A stretch of DNA of 64,000 nt from Balanoglossus misakiensis. Its lineage: Eukaryota > Animalia > Hemichordata. The notes beneath the pieces were generated by a model that saw nothing but the letters and a program-made list of their open reading frames with translations, did not search any database and was not told the origin of the DNA. The translations under genes and the position numbers were made by a program. The stretch covers positions 5,015,849-5,079,848 of the forward strand of contig CM082596.2 in assembly GCA_040954595.2 (NCBI GenBank), given 5' to 3'. Below are positions 37,101 to 47,464 of the stretch, piece after piece. The stretch's first letter is position 1. Each line of letters begins with the position of its first letter.

Positions 37101-40100
37101 CGAAGCGTGCAAATTCTTCAAAGGAAAATCTTGTCGAAGAAAAAGGTCAGATTTCTGTAGATTTGCTGCGGAGTTGTGAAGAATGCGGTCGTGTGAGCAC
37201 TCAGAAGAGATTACCCTGGCATTTTGTGATTTTAAATTGAAATTGATGACATATGCAAGCTAGAAAATAGATAAAAACAGAATTTTATAAACTCGAAAAC
37301 CCAAATCGGAGATGAAGATTGGACTTTCTAATTGTACAGTTTATGATTTTAGAAGCAGAATTTGTATGTTGTTGCAAATTCTGTCCTACCTTATACTTTC
37401 ATCAGAACTCAAATAGATAGAAGTTTTGGTAGATACAAACACATTTACAGCAATCGTTTGTTATCATTTTATTCTCACTGCGGACAGAAAGCACGTATTT
37501 CTGTGAATAATTTCTAAGAATACATGTCAGAATGCATGGCATAAACTTTTAAAGTTCATCCCTAAACAACAACAAATGCACATCCTTTGGGATTATGATT
37601 AACCAGGATGTGTGTGACCCTTGCTAGTCGGTCAGTCGTCATGGTGATGTAAATGATGTTTTCAAACTAAAGAGAGAGAATTTTGAGTCCCTGATATTTT
37701 CAAAATATGGTTACTAGACAAATATTGACATCAGCAGAGAATCTTGTGCCACAAGTATTAATGATAAGAAGGTACAATGTAGATAGTGCAAAACAGACTC
37801 GCTTTTGTGTAACTTAAGTGTCAGCGATTAAGAGATAAAGAAGTACACCTATAAGTCAATGTACGAAGAATATGAACAAGCAACTTCCTGGTGAGGCAAG
37901 AATTTCGGGAGTCCGGCGACCACTTAAACTGGACCTCGCTCCGCCCCTCTCTGCGTCTGAAAATTATGTCATCTGTTTGCGGCACTGACTTATCGGTCCA
38001 TTGTCCTCTTCACGTGTCGAGTCGCACAAGATCCGACCAGGTGGATTTCGTTGCCCAGATGCACCTGTATGTGCAAACACAAAATGATGATTAACTTTTC
38101 AGTGACTTTTGGATGTGCATTATGTAAATTTCGTTCCGTGGTACGTACACCCTGTTAAAAGACGCAACCTGACACCGTGTCCGATTCGCTTAGTTCGGGA
38201 GAGCGCGTAAGCCCAATTGCTTATCGCGACTTTAGGTTTGTAAGGAGGAAGATAATGGTAGGATTTGACCCCTCCCAAGACTTATAGTAATAAGACACAA
38301 TGAGCCTTTGTCCATTCAAGCAATAGGACTTATTGGAGTGCGCTGGTGTGTGTCTTAAGATGAAATATAAACCTGCGTGGCCAGCTCATAAGCGTGTTGC
38401 GTTTGAATGAACAACGTACACTTTTCCGAGTCCAAGTATTTTGCGTACGTGACAGAGCACAGTTTCGGCAAGCTGGCATCTTCTGATTGATTCTCGTCAC
38501 CTTGACACCTCATCGTTCATTGTCTATCCCTTTCACTCCCCTTTTCCTTGTATTGGGGTCCGACTTTCCCATAGGGAACAATGGATTTGGACCAAACCAT
38601 GTGGTGAAAGGGTTTATCTGAAGGGTATATGCTTTCAACTTCAATGACCGGACATCCTTAATGGAGCCTGCTTCTTATAAGCGTTGTACGGTGAAATGCT
38701 CTATAAGCCATCCATGAGTTTATTACTCTGAGGTGTCTAAATGGACTTCTGAGATATGTACAAGTGTGCAATGGGTGTGTTTTAAATCAATTGATAAAAT
38801 TACTTGTAATAGTCAATTTTTAATTTAATGGGCATTGTCATGACATGACGTGGGCTGGTAATTACATGGAAACACTATTTAGAGATATCACGAATAATAC
38901 ATGTAGCAGTGTCTACTCATGCCAGCCTCACCTCACAAGCAAGGTGGTGCTGTTGAAGTTGTACTTTGAACCTAGGCTTGGTTTAATACTGCCAATGGCA
39001 GTCAAGTGCCAAAGTCCAGTTGCGTGGTGACGTCATCATCTTCACATTAAATCGTCCAACTGGGTGTTTGAGCTACTGGCAATATTTTGTTTTCCGAATC
39101 TGTCAAATTCCGGGACCCAGACGTGTGCGTTTTGCCGTTATCGTAGGGTAGGAGACGACAATGGCTGCGAATCGGCGTCCAACGGGAGGATAAGACATGA
39201 ATCCAATGTATTCACAGTAAAACACCTGACTGTACCTGGGTACGTAACTGTCCACTTCACATAGCACATTCCGCGGTGCACTGAATCGAGTCTCAGAAAC
39301 GTCCATGAGTTTTCCGTCATTAATGCATCGTTATACGAGTTTAATCTTCTGATATTATAAATCAAACAAGATTATCACTACCTTCTTAATCTTAATCCAG
39401 TTAATACCAGTCAGACTCTAAGCAGTATTCTTTCCATTGACACATACATAAAGTACACAGTCATGTACAATAAAGACACAACTTGTGTTCAACATAAACT
39501 GTACGATGAACCAGATCAAAGAAATGTACTCTTTGTAACTGTTGTCTCTTAATGAGACTGTTATATTTAATGGTTGTATTTTGCATATTGATTAGAGAAT
39601 TTGAATATAAATGAATGTTTTGGTATCTTGTGAATATTTAATTTGAGTGGCATTTATTGTCATTTCATATATTGTAGACATGCCAAAGGTATTTACTGTT
39701 GTTTTATACTGGATCAGTTACATGGGTATTGATGAATTCTTCTCGGTTTTAAGTGGATGATGGTTAAATTTGTTGCGAGTCGTTAATTGGTGTTGTCTTT
39801 ATTGTCAAGATGCAACAATACGGCTGTATTGATTGATTGTGTTTTGTGTATGGGAATTTGTGTGCAGTGGAAGGTTGTTTTGCATTGTTGTGTACATGAT
39901 GTGTGAACTTGGATGACTGCCTTTGGGGAATTATGACTTCAGTGGAACGTTTGATGGGGTTCTTTGCGTGTCTTTGCACGTGAGTGTCGTCAGGGTTATG
40001 TTGTGCTGGCAATTTATACGTCTTGAATAATTGAAGACGTTGACAATAGGCGGGCGTCTAGGGTCGCTTAAAGGGCTCACAGCAAAAACAACAGACAAAA

Positions 40101-43100
40101 CGTAAACATGACCCGTGTGGTGGGCATTCTCCAGAGTTTCTGAAATGTGAGGAAATTTTACCGTCCGCGATGTCCGGGAAAAGAAATCCAGATTTGGAGT
40201 CCAAGAAGTTTATGTGGACCTGTTATCGAGCGAAACAAAAGTTCCGAGCTCGATATGTGTACATTAATGATAGTAGACGGTGCTTTACTGGTGAGAGTTA
40301 GATGTGATGTTGTGGCGATTGCTTTCTTTAATCCCTGATGTGAACAATTTTGTGTGGGTTTTCATGTGTGTTTGTCCTTCCTTTTATGTGTGTCCATCTT
40401 TCTTCTGGGAGCCTTGAACCATATAGTCCATCACGACATATTACGCTATTCTGCGTCCAGACATTGTACTTGCTCATCTGAGAGAAGATTACCATTTCAT
40501 GTTTACCAATGGCTCATATTGCAATTTACTGGATTTTGTCTTATAATTTCTCTCTCTCTTTCTTCTTGTATTTTAGCTTTATGCGCTGAGCGTGTAAGCC
40601 AAATGACCAAGACATACCATGATATTGAAGCAGTGACAAGACTTCTGGAAGAGGTATGTTCTTATTTACATGTATATATTGCCATTCTCAAAGCAACTTC
40701 TTGAACATAAGCTTTTAGCTATAGGACACTTAAGCTAAAAATATGTATTTTATGAAGTTCAAATTTTGAGAGAAAACTATATGAAAGTACTGGACTGTGC
40801 TAGAAGCACTGAAAAGGTAGGGAAATTGGCAGAAGTAATTTGATCGATTTTGTGGTCTGGAACCCTATAAAGTTAATCAAATTTAATGTGGTTAATTAAC
40901 ATACCAAGTGTGAAGTACGTAAAGTCGTGATAGAGACATTCTGTTGGTTAGTTGTGGCTGCAACTATGCTCGTTGGCTGGAAGTCTTTTCAGAATGAGTG
41001 GCCAATAAAAGGCATCAATCTTAAAGTCAATTTCTGGTTTCCAATCCCCAACAGAAAGAGAAAGATTTGGAGCTGGCAGCCAAGATAGGCCAGACACTAC
41101 TCCAACGAAACAAAGCTCTTGAACTACAAAATGAACAGCTGGATGAGCAACTCACCATCGCAACAGAAAAGGTAAGTCTATGTTCATCCCTTTCATCACT
41201 CAAGTGCAGGAAAAGTTTAAGACAAGTAGATCCTGCCCCAGGAAGCGTCAGTGTCTTGTTTGTATACCACAAAGTGCGGATGTCCAATTGTTAGGGTTAG
41301 GGATGTTGACAAACACCTGTTTGATTCTTTTTATGTCTCTCCCCAGAATGCTCAGCTTTCCCATGAGATTCAAATGAAAACTGACCTGTTACAAATTTAC
41401 ACCAATGAAGTGGATTACAGCGAATCAGAGGATGATAGTGTAGTATCGTATGGGTAGGTGTTTTTATGTGAAAATCTCCAACACTTACATGTACCGTACA
41501 TCAAGAATGCAATCAGAAATGAATGAACAGAATAATGGTATTTTGGTTCCAAACACTCGACCAGTAGAGGAAATAAACATTTCTTAAGTACTAGTATTCT
41601 GTTTTTATTTTTCGGTTTGTTTAGTGTTTGTCATATATTTTGACTTGTTCGTGCTTTGAAGCACGGTCACTCCACGCAGCACATTGTGTAAAAATTTGCC
41701 TGGAAATCAGCAGACCATTTCACTCTTTCTCTTCACAACATATCACCATGCTGTCGTGTAGCAATTCTAAACACTGGATTCTTTTGGCTGTGTATCTTCG
41801 AAAGACAAAATTGCTGAAGCATGTCAGCCAATCATAGTTTCCCTCTCAAGAGGATGTAGGCCAATCACAATTCTGGATTGCTAAAGTTCATCCAAACATT
41901 GTCGTTCATTGTGTCGTCTTTCTCTCTATCGAACACCTTGCTTTTTTGCTGTTGAAAATAACCCCATCACATCTCTGGTACTGATACTAGAGATCAATCT
42001 GCCTCTAACAGGGGGTCCTTTGTCAATTTGGAGTCACTGCACAAGAAAATCAACTGCCTCGAGGAAGAAAATCTGCAGTTACGACTAGAAGCCACACAAA
42101 TCTCAACAGAGACGAATAATTATGAAGAAAAGGAAAATTTACTGGTACATGATTGTGTTAAGCAATTGGGTGAGTTGCCTGTTAAGTTATCAAGAATGTG
42201 GATGATATATAAATGGTTTTTCATCTTTTTGCAGTTTTCATTATGGACAGCCTCAAATAGTTTTCTGTCTAAGAGTGTAGAGATCGAGGAAATCATAAAT
42301 GTGAAAATGAGAATTCTTCAAGAAAGATGACGCAAGTGTAACTTATCATTTCATTTGTCCAAGATTTTTTATTCATCATGATTTCAAATTCTTTATTGAT
42401 GTACAGGAGAGGTGAACACCAGTGTGGAAATTCTCAAAGAGGAATTGTACAAAAAATGGGAGGAGAACTTCAGACAACAGGAAGAAATCACAAGTCTTCT
42501 TGCACAAATTGTCGATTTACAGGCCAAAGTTAAAAAAGTAAGTGGTTTCCGTGATGTGTTTATGATTCAACATTCCTAATGGCCATGGAGGTGTGCAGAT
42601 TAAATTTTTCAAACAGATGTTATACGCACGATGTTTAGAATTGAAGTTGACCATGTTTGTTTCGAAGGTCATGAGTAGCTAGCTGTTGTGGCTGTGCATT
42701 GATAAACAAGAGAAGCAATACTTGAACACTAGTGGGCAGTAGATTGAAATTCACAGCTAGGGTTGTGCGCTAATATTTTCGTCTCATCTTTCCCATACAG
42801 CTGACGATAGAAAATGATGAGCTCCACCAAGAGTTACAAGCTGGTAAGGATGCTCAACATGAACTCACCCATGAGGTACGTATACATAGATTATTTTCAC
42901 TTTCTTAATTCTAAATGATTTACCATAACTCTAAGGACATGCCAAACGACGAAAGAAGAAGTTTGAGAAGCTGTTGTTTAATACACAAGTCTTACTCGTG
43001 CGGATAAGAGAAACCGCATATTTCCATTATGTCAATCTCTCTTTCTAAACTAACGGTACTTTTCAGCTCACCGAACTCAAGGAAAAATATGATGAGTGCA

Positions 43101-46100
43101 TGGCTATGCTCCGGGAATACCAGGAAGATGCCAAGTCTTCCCGGAAGCCCAGTTTATCGGCCCGGACACCGTTTGTTCCGTTGTCATCGGTTTTTGCACA
43201 GGTGAAGATTTCCTCACTTACTCTATCTAACTGTACCGTATATTACATGTATTTGAAAAATAACCAAAATCTTAAAAGAAGTACTGAGTGTAAGATCCTG
43301 ACTGAAGACAAAAACAACCTGTGTTTAGTTGAAATACTTACTAATATCATCTGTCTTTGCCCTGCAGGACTCTCTTGCATCAGAAATCGAGAGTACAGTC
43401 AAACAGACCTTGATGCATGCAGAGGGATATTCGCCAAAGGAAACCAAGTAAGAATTCTCTCGTGGGTTTTTGAATTGAATGAAGTGGGCGAACTCATATT
43501 TATGCTAGGTTGTACTGTATATGGTTATATGTCAATTTTGTACCCTTCATTTTCTGCAGGGAACGGAACAAAAATGTGATGAAGACCGTCAAGGCCGCCA
43601 ACAAGACCCGAGCCGGTGGCTTTCTGAGTATTCCGGGGTCATCCATGCAATCCCTGCGAACCAGCCGCAGGACGTCACCGACCAGCTCCATTGCAGCGTC
43701 CGACAGGGACACGCCTCTCAGCGATCATTACCACGGCGACGAAGAAAGTGGCAGTGAAGTTGGGAGGTAGGAATGGTCACATGTCAATCCTGTGTTTTTT
43801 TTATTAGAACAGTTGAAAAGACAATGATTTCTTTTGGTCTCTCAGTGCAATTTACTGCCTGACAGACCTGAAAATCACTCTCTTAGCCTTACATATAGTC
43901 CAAATTGCAACTGGATGAGAACATTCCAATAGAGAGTAATGATTAACAGTATCACAGGTTATTTATGTAAACAAATAAAAAAAACCTAACAAATACGTAA
44001 AACACAACAAATGTTATTAACATTGTTACCCTATTCCCTGGTGACTCACATATAGATGTTATATGGAAGTTTTCTTGCAATTACATCATGCTTAACTAGA
44101 AAACCTGTTTCATCCTATACAGCACAAGGAGGCGTCTTGGTCGTCCTGGAATCCCGGGTTCCAATGACCTTGAACTTGCCCTCCGGCGCCTGTCCTTGCG
44201 ACGGCAAAACCAGGAATTTGAGAGGAAATACGTGGAAGTGAGCCGTGGAAAGGAGAGTTCCGGCACTGCCACACCTCTGGGGGTGTCCCCAGAGAGTATC
44301 ATGTCCACCGGCAGCTTCTCCGAGTATTCCGGCATTTCAAGTACTTCCGGGATGGGGATACGCTCGTACATTCCGGAGAAACTTCAGATAGTCAAACCTA
44401 TTGAAGGTATGTTGTAACTTTTTGCTTTTGTTATCTGTAAGCGTTTGTATGCAGCGAAACTTTCAGAAATCATGAAGGTGAATGCAAAGCACTGGTGCAC
44501 TAAGTAAAAATTCTTCTTCATGCAATTCCAGGTTCAATGACTCTGCATCACTGGCAGAGACTGGCGACTCCAGACATGGCCAGCATGTTGGACACACGGC
44601 CTGGCATCTATACCAAGGGGTATAAAACTCTGGAACACGAAGAGGAGATATTCTCACTGGACGAGTTCGAAGACGATGGCAATGTCTCAAGTAAGCGAAA
44701 CCCTTTATTGATAATTCATCCTTCTTTTGTTGAGAGATATTATCACCCTCACAGAGGGTATTATAATACAGCCAAACTGTGCATGTGGTTGGGAAAGTAT
44801 ATGCAGATGAAGGCAGAGAAATTATAGTATCGCACAGCTCAAGTAGCCATTGCATGGTTTAATATACTCTGGTGGTATACATGTAGGTACAACATCACTG
44901 AATATGTCTAACATTTATGCAATCTGTGCACATGTATTTGGGCTTTGGGGGACTACATTTGGAGCCATTATTTTTTTTAGCATTTCATCTGTCAAAACTT
45001 CTGTCACTTTAAGATTGTTGATGATATCTGAATGCCACTTTGAAATGTTTTTGGGTAGGGCACTCTTTCGGTTGTGATGTAGGTCCACAGTTCCCCATTT
45101 GTTTCTGATTGGTGTTTTTCATTTGGACGGTTTGTACATTGTAGCTGGTCTTTCCTTTCTTCTGTTGTCGGGTGTGGCCATTTTCTCGTTTGACTTGGTG
45201 AGAAATCTTCGAATGTGATTTCAGTCCTTCCCACAGCTTGCCTCCCATGTGCATTATCCTTCCCCTTCAATCCAATCCAGTCCATGGCTATACTTAGTAC
45301 ACGAAACAAACAACACAATACATGTATACTGGCATGACACTGCAGCTAAAAATTAAATGTATTCAGTAACTGTAATCTGTTACAGTACAGTCAAATGACA
45401 CCTTAGAACTTACCACCACAAAAAAGCATGGGGGTACCTTGAAAAGATACGGAAAAACCTAGGTCTAAAATGGTATTTCAGTCGTCTATTTATTTTACAA
45501 ACATCCAAAACACTGGTGATACATTATCATAACTCATGATGGCGCTGTCATTGTCAGTCAGCAGCACTCAATGTTTCATGGACAGAGTTCCTTTAATGCA
45601 TCTGTTCTGTACACTCACACCACACACTGCATTTACCCACGATCACACACACTGCCTGCATAAACCATTCAATGTCCATTCCATTTTGCCAATGCCATCC
45701 TAACCGTAGGACGGAGGCGCCGTAGACGGCACTTGCGTAAATCGCAAAGTGAGTAAGTATGGTTGTGGGTGGTAGTGGTGCGGGTGTATTCAACTGCCTT
45801 TGGTGTCGGTCATAGTGTTCAGCTGCAGTCATGTATGGTGTAGTTGGCAGATCTTTCAACTTTTCATTGCCTGTCAACTGGTCTTAACAGAATTCGGTAT
45901 CATGTACAATATTTTAAAAGAAACTTTGAACAACATGCTTTCTTCTGTCCTAAGCTTCATATATCATCACTGATGTTTCCATTGTCTGGTTTCGTCTCTT
46001 CTTTTTTCCGTAATTTTACAATTTTCATGTGCATTGTTTCTGGGTTTTTTTTTCTTCTAAATATCAGTACAAATTGGTCAACTCTTTCAGCTGGACTTGT

Positions 46101-47464
46101 GGGTCATTCTCGGGGTTGTCTTGTTTTCCTCATCAACGCCCATTTATTTTGTCCAAGAATGAAAAGAAAGATGCGTTTCACAGCTGTGTGTTTGTGAGGC
46201 TTTTCATGATGCATGGCGGTTGATTTCATCTAAGCCATTACACATACAGTACACATACTACACTGACAGGCACACATCACTAACAGTAGCAAATTTGATA
46301 AGTTCTTCATACGCCCAGAGGTGTTGTTAGCGTTTAGATGGACTGCCAAAGTCACACATTGCAACAAAGACACAAATAACCTCGTTTGGTGTACGGTAGA
46401 TGTACCTCTGGTTAGTTAGCTGTGCGCGTATACATGCAAACAGCCAATAGAATTGTGTGTGTGTGTGCATTGCAATGTAGTAACCACTGCTGACGTCTAT
46501 TGCACTGTAGGTTCGCCATACACAGCACCCAGCAAGCTTGAAAACACAAATACAACTCTCACGTTTACAAACAGTAAGATCCTGCATCTTGACGACAGTA
46601 ATACCCAAGTCAGTGGAAGGTGAGTGATTCAGATTTCTTTCCAATGCATGTACAGTAAACCGAACTCTGTCTAATCTTAATGATTACATAAGTTGGATTA
46701 TCAATTGCAAAAGTGGCAATATTGATTTGCTGAGAAAAACTCACACAGCGTGATGAAATATGAATAGTTTGTATGATGAAATAGAAATAACTTGTAAACA
46801 TGAAAATATGCACATTTTAGTACCACTTGATGATTTTTGTGTGTGTTAAGTAACTTAATATATTTGTATGTTTTCTTAATGTAGCACTTCATCAAAACAA
46901 AGTATTGTGACATGCCTGCCGAAATTGGACTCTCCTTTGAACGAGAAGGCCACTCGGACATTCAGTACCACAATAGGACTTGCACGCCTCCTGCAAGAGA
47001 GGGGCATCTCCCCAGGGACTCCACCTCTGTCGTCGGACAATGAATCGGAAAAAATGGACAAGGAGAAGTCGCCGACTTCCGACAACGCGGTCAGCCCCCT
47101 CGTGCCGCCACCCAGCCCCGCCCCGGCCAAGAGTGGAATCATCCAGCGCAGCGTCATCATGTCGGGCTCGCAGATGAAGACCGCGCCCTTCCCGACGTCG
47201 ACGTCCACCGCGGGGCAGTCGGCCAGGTACAGCCTGGTGGACAGGCTCAAGGGCATGGGGGTGCAGTCCAACATGGCCTCCACCCAGTCGACCATGAGCA
47301 CGTACACGACGGCCCGCATGTCCACGTACTGCAGCTCGCCGATGATGGTGACCCCCACGCAGACCACCTCGCAGAGCGGCCACGTCATGAGTGGACCCAT
47401 GGCCGTCTTGTCCGGCTCGCTGGCTCTCAAGTCGATCAGAAAGGGCGGTGGACCCATCTTGTAA
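7021..47464 (+). CDS. TRAK1: Trafficking kinesin-binding protein (TRAK1/TRAK2/Milton family), whole spliced model: join(7021..7135, 9276..9488, 40577..40653, 41055..41171, 41347..41453, 41991..42169, 42407..42537, 42801..42875, 43067..43201, 43368..43447, 43560..43766, 44123..44406, 44532..44690, 45710..45752, 46885..47464); about 833 aa; start codon uncertain
   Basis: All junctions are GT-AG and phase-consistent (sum 2502 nt = 834 codons). Family motifs: [75 protein letters not shown] (HAP1_N), [50 protein letters not shown] (Milton domain), GLARLLQERGIS. The symbol indicates family only; it is probably co-orthologous to TRAK1 and TRAK2. Confidence 0.93.
7368..7460 (+). CDS. Candidate TRAK cassette exon (ATATDNATANAKVIANAGSGVAGQVPGKASP)
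   Basis: cacag| acceptor, CCAG|GTATTA donor, 93 nt, phase 1-1, open in the TRAK frame. No homology support. Confidence 0.25.
7549..7632. repeat. (ACACA)n pentanucleotide microsatellite
   Basis: About 16 copies of acaca with occasional acgca, seen directly. Confidence 0.95.
9276..9488 (+). CDS. TRAK1: TRAK exon ([19 protein letters not shown]...EETLKYF)
   Basis: tag|AT acceptor and TTCA|GTAAGT donor (phase 1). Highly conserved TRAK N-terminal motif. Confidence 0.93.
12824..12899 (+). CDS. Candidate alternative TRAK first coding exon (MEFCVSDIDSTDVTATECALNAVTQ)
   Basis: ATG-initiated and open to a CAAG|GTACGA donor in phase 1, matching the 40577 acceptor. Preceded by a CpG-rich patch at about 12580-12790. 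Confidence 0.45.
15241..15276. repeat. (TGTC)n microsatellite
   Basis: tgtctgtctgtctgtctgtctgcctgcctgtctgtc. Confidence 0.8.
16993..17002 (-). promoter_or_regulatory. Candidate polyadenylation signal of the nested PKS
   Basis: Overlapping AATAAATAAA on the minus strand, about 770 nt downstream of the PKS stop. Confidence 0.3.
17771..18118 (-). CDS. pks1: PKS last exon (ACP domain)
   Basis: cag|GAC TGG acceptor in phase 0. PMIDYGVDSLMAVEI phosphopantetheine motif, then stop TAA. Confidence 0.92.
   Translation of the reverse strand, partial: DWVTTAKFTHKTNLKFHHLMDYSSLNKRKRQLSPTDLENSVKKKLGQMIGQSPDDIDITKPMIDYGVDSLMAVEIVAWASKELHVVVSQLDILGGISTSVLLEKAVKQHHPSLDG
17771..25830 (-). CDS. pks1: Iterative type I polyketide synthase, animal Pks1-like (KS-AT-DH-cMT-like-ER-KR-ACP, no thioesterase); complement(join(17771..18118, 18408..25261, 25354..25435, 25777..25830)), about 2445 aa
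   Basis: KS: FPIAITGIG-CRMPGG, DTACASS (Cys 24777-24779), EAHGTGT, KSNFAH. AT: FPGQGQQW, GHSLG (Ser 23382-23384), CAFH. DH: DHAVDNEVVFP, LLDGCFQ. cMT-like: ILEVGGRLGG, LDIEKD. ER: LNFKD, LIHSACGGVG. KR: LVTGAFGGVG, QPAYCAAN. ACP: GVDSLM (Ser 17912-17914). All three introns are GT-AG and phase-consistent (7338 nt = 2446 codons). The KS closely resembles sea-urchin Pks1 as recalled; the orthology and symbol are not verified. Confidence 0.95.
18408..25261 (-). CDS. pks1: PKS main exon, 6854 nt (KS through KR)
   Basis: Uninterrupted 2286-aa ORF. Acceptor atag|GT TGT CGA ATG and donor CAG|GTAAGA. Confidence 0.96.
25354..25435 (-). CDS. pks1: PKS exon 2 (DTKGESSKCPTTGQSETYGFPIAITGI-G)
   Basis: Supplies the PIAIxGIG start of the KS. 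caacag| acceptor and ATAG|GTAGGT donor (phase 1). Confidence 0.88.
25777..25830 (-). CDS. pks1: PKS probable first coding exon (MPSREDREKWSLAKQLKQ)
   Basis: ATG plus 17 further codons to CAG|GTATTT, phase 0 matching exon 2. No homology support. Confidence 0.6.
28054..28156. repeat. GA/GACA/GGGA low-complexity tract
   Basis: agagagacagacagacag ... gagggagggagggaggga. Confidence 0.75.
28676..28832. repeat. (GAT)n/(GGT)n compound trinucleotide microsatellite
   Basis: gatggtgatggtgatgatgatgatgatgat ... ggtggtggtggtggtggt. Confidence 0.85.
30713..30785 (+). CDS. Candidate alternative TRAK first coding exon (METRVILVEDIRRRKQLVVIDEHQ)
   Basis: ATG-initiated and open to a CAGG|GTAGGT donor in phase 1, matching 40577. 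Upstream is a CpG-richer patch with a TATAAA at about 30496. Confidence 0.5.
31050..31180. repeat. (GA)n purine-rich microsatellite
   Basis: About 130 nt of almost pure purines on the + strand. Confidence 0.85.
36521..36674 (+). CDS. Candidate alternative TRAK first coding exon (MCLFCVKDANANPAKPPLENSTVVSEVEVTNVYAQEDIVVDLQNRTCQVKR)
   Basis: ccaagATG start, 51 open codons, CGAG|GTAACA donor in phase 1 matching 40577, followed by an abrupt shift to T-rich intron-like sequence. Confidence 0.55.
40577..40653 (+). CDS. TRAK1: TRAK exon ([25 protein letters not shown])
   Basis: Long polypyrimidine tract plus ttttag|. GAG|GTATGT donor. HAP1_N motif. Confidence 0.95.
41055..41171 (+). CDS. TRAK1: TRAK exon ([19 protein letters not shown]...TEK)
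   Basis: acag| and AAG|GTAAGT. HAP1_N coiled coil. Confidence 0.95.
41347..41453 (+). CDS. TRAK1: TRAK exon (NAQLSHEIQMKTDLLQIYT...)
   Basis: cccag| and GG|GTAGGT. Confidence 0.92.
41991..42169 (+). CDS. TRAK1: TRAK exon (...LESLHKKINCLEEENLQLRLEA...DCVKQL)
   Basis: ctag| acceptor (phase 2) and TTGG|GTGAGT donor. Confidence 0.9.
42407..42537 (+). CDS. TRAK1: TRAK exon (...RQQEEITSLLAQIVDLQAKVKK)
   Basis: tacag| and AAA|GTAAGT. QQEEITxLLxQIVDLQ family motif. Confidence 0.93.
42801..42875 (+). CDS. TRAK1: TRAK exon (LTIENDELHQELQAGKDAQHELTHE)
   Basis: atacag| and GAG|GTACGT, 75 nt, phase 0-0. Confidence 0.92.
43067..43201 (+). CDS. TRAK1: TRAK exon (LTELKEKYDECMAMLREYQE...VFAQ)
   Basis: tttcag| and CAG|GTGAAG. 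Confidence 0.9.
43368..43447 (+). CDS. TRAK1: TRAK exon ([15 protein letters not shown]...)
   Basis: ctgcag| and AA|GTAAGA. DSLAxEIE motif. Confidence 0.9.
43560..43766 (+). CDS. TRAK1: TRAK exon (ERNKNVMKTVKAAN...IPGS...)
   Basis: ctgcag| and AG|GTAGGA, phase 2-2. Confidence 0.88.
44123..44406 (+). CDS. TRAK1: TRAK exon ([22 protein letters not shown]...[13 protein letters not shown])
   Basis: tacag| and GAAG|GTATGT. Milton-domain motifs. Confidence 0.93.
44532..44690 (+). CDS. TRAK1: TRAK exon ([14 protein letters not shown]...RPGI...)
   Basis: tccag| and TCAA|GTAAGC (phase 1). Confidence 0.9.
45710..45752 (+). CDS. TRAK1: TRAK 43-nt microexon (RRRRRRRHLRKSQSD)
   Basis: ctaaccgtag| acceptor and GA|GTAAGT donor. 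It converts phase 1 to phase 2 exactly as needed between 44690 and 46885. Seven consecutive Arg are written with five different codons. Confidence 0.75.
46885..47464 (+). CDS. TRAK1: TRAK last coding exon (...TFSTTIGLARLLQERGIS...GGPIL*)
   Basis: gtag| acceptor (phase 2), GC-rich Ser/Thr/Pro-rich ORF, GLxxLLxERGIS motif, TAA at 47462-47464. Confidence 0.88.

Noticed and set aside
39064-39245. Fourth alternative TRAK first exon ending at GG|GTACGT
   Set aside because: The open frame has no AUG and ends in phase 2. The nearby AUGs run into stops.
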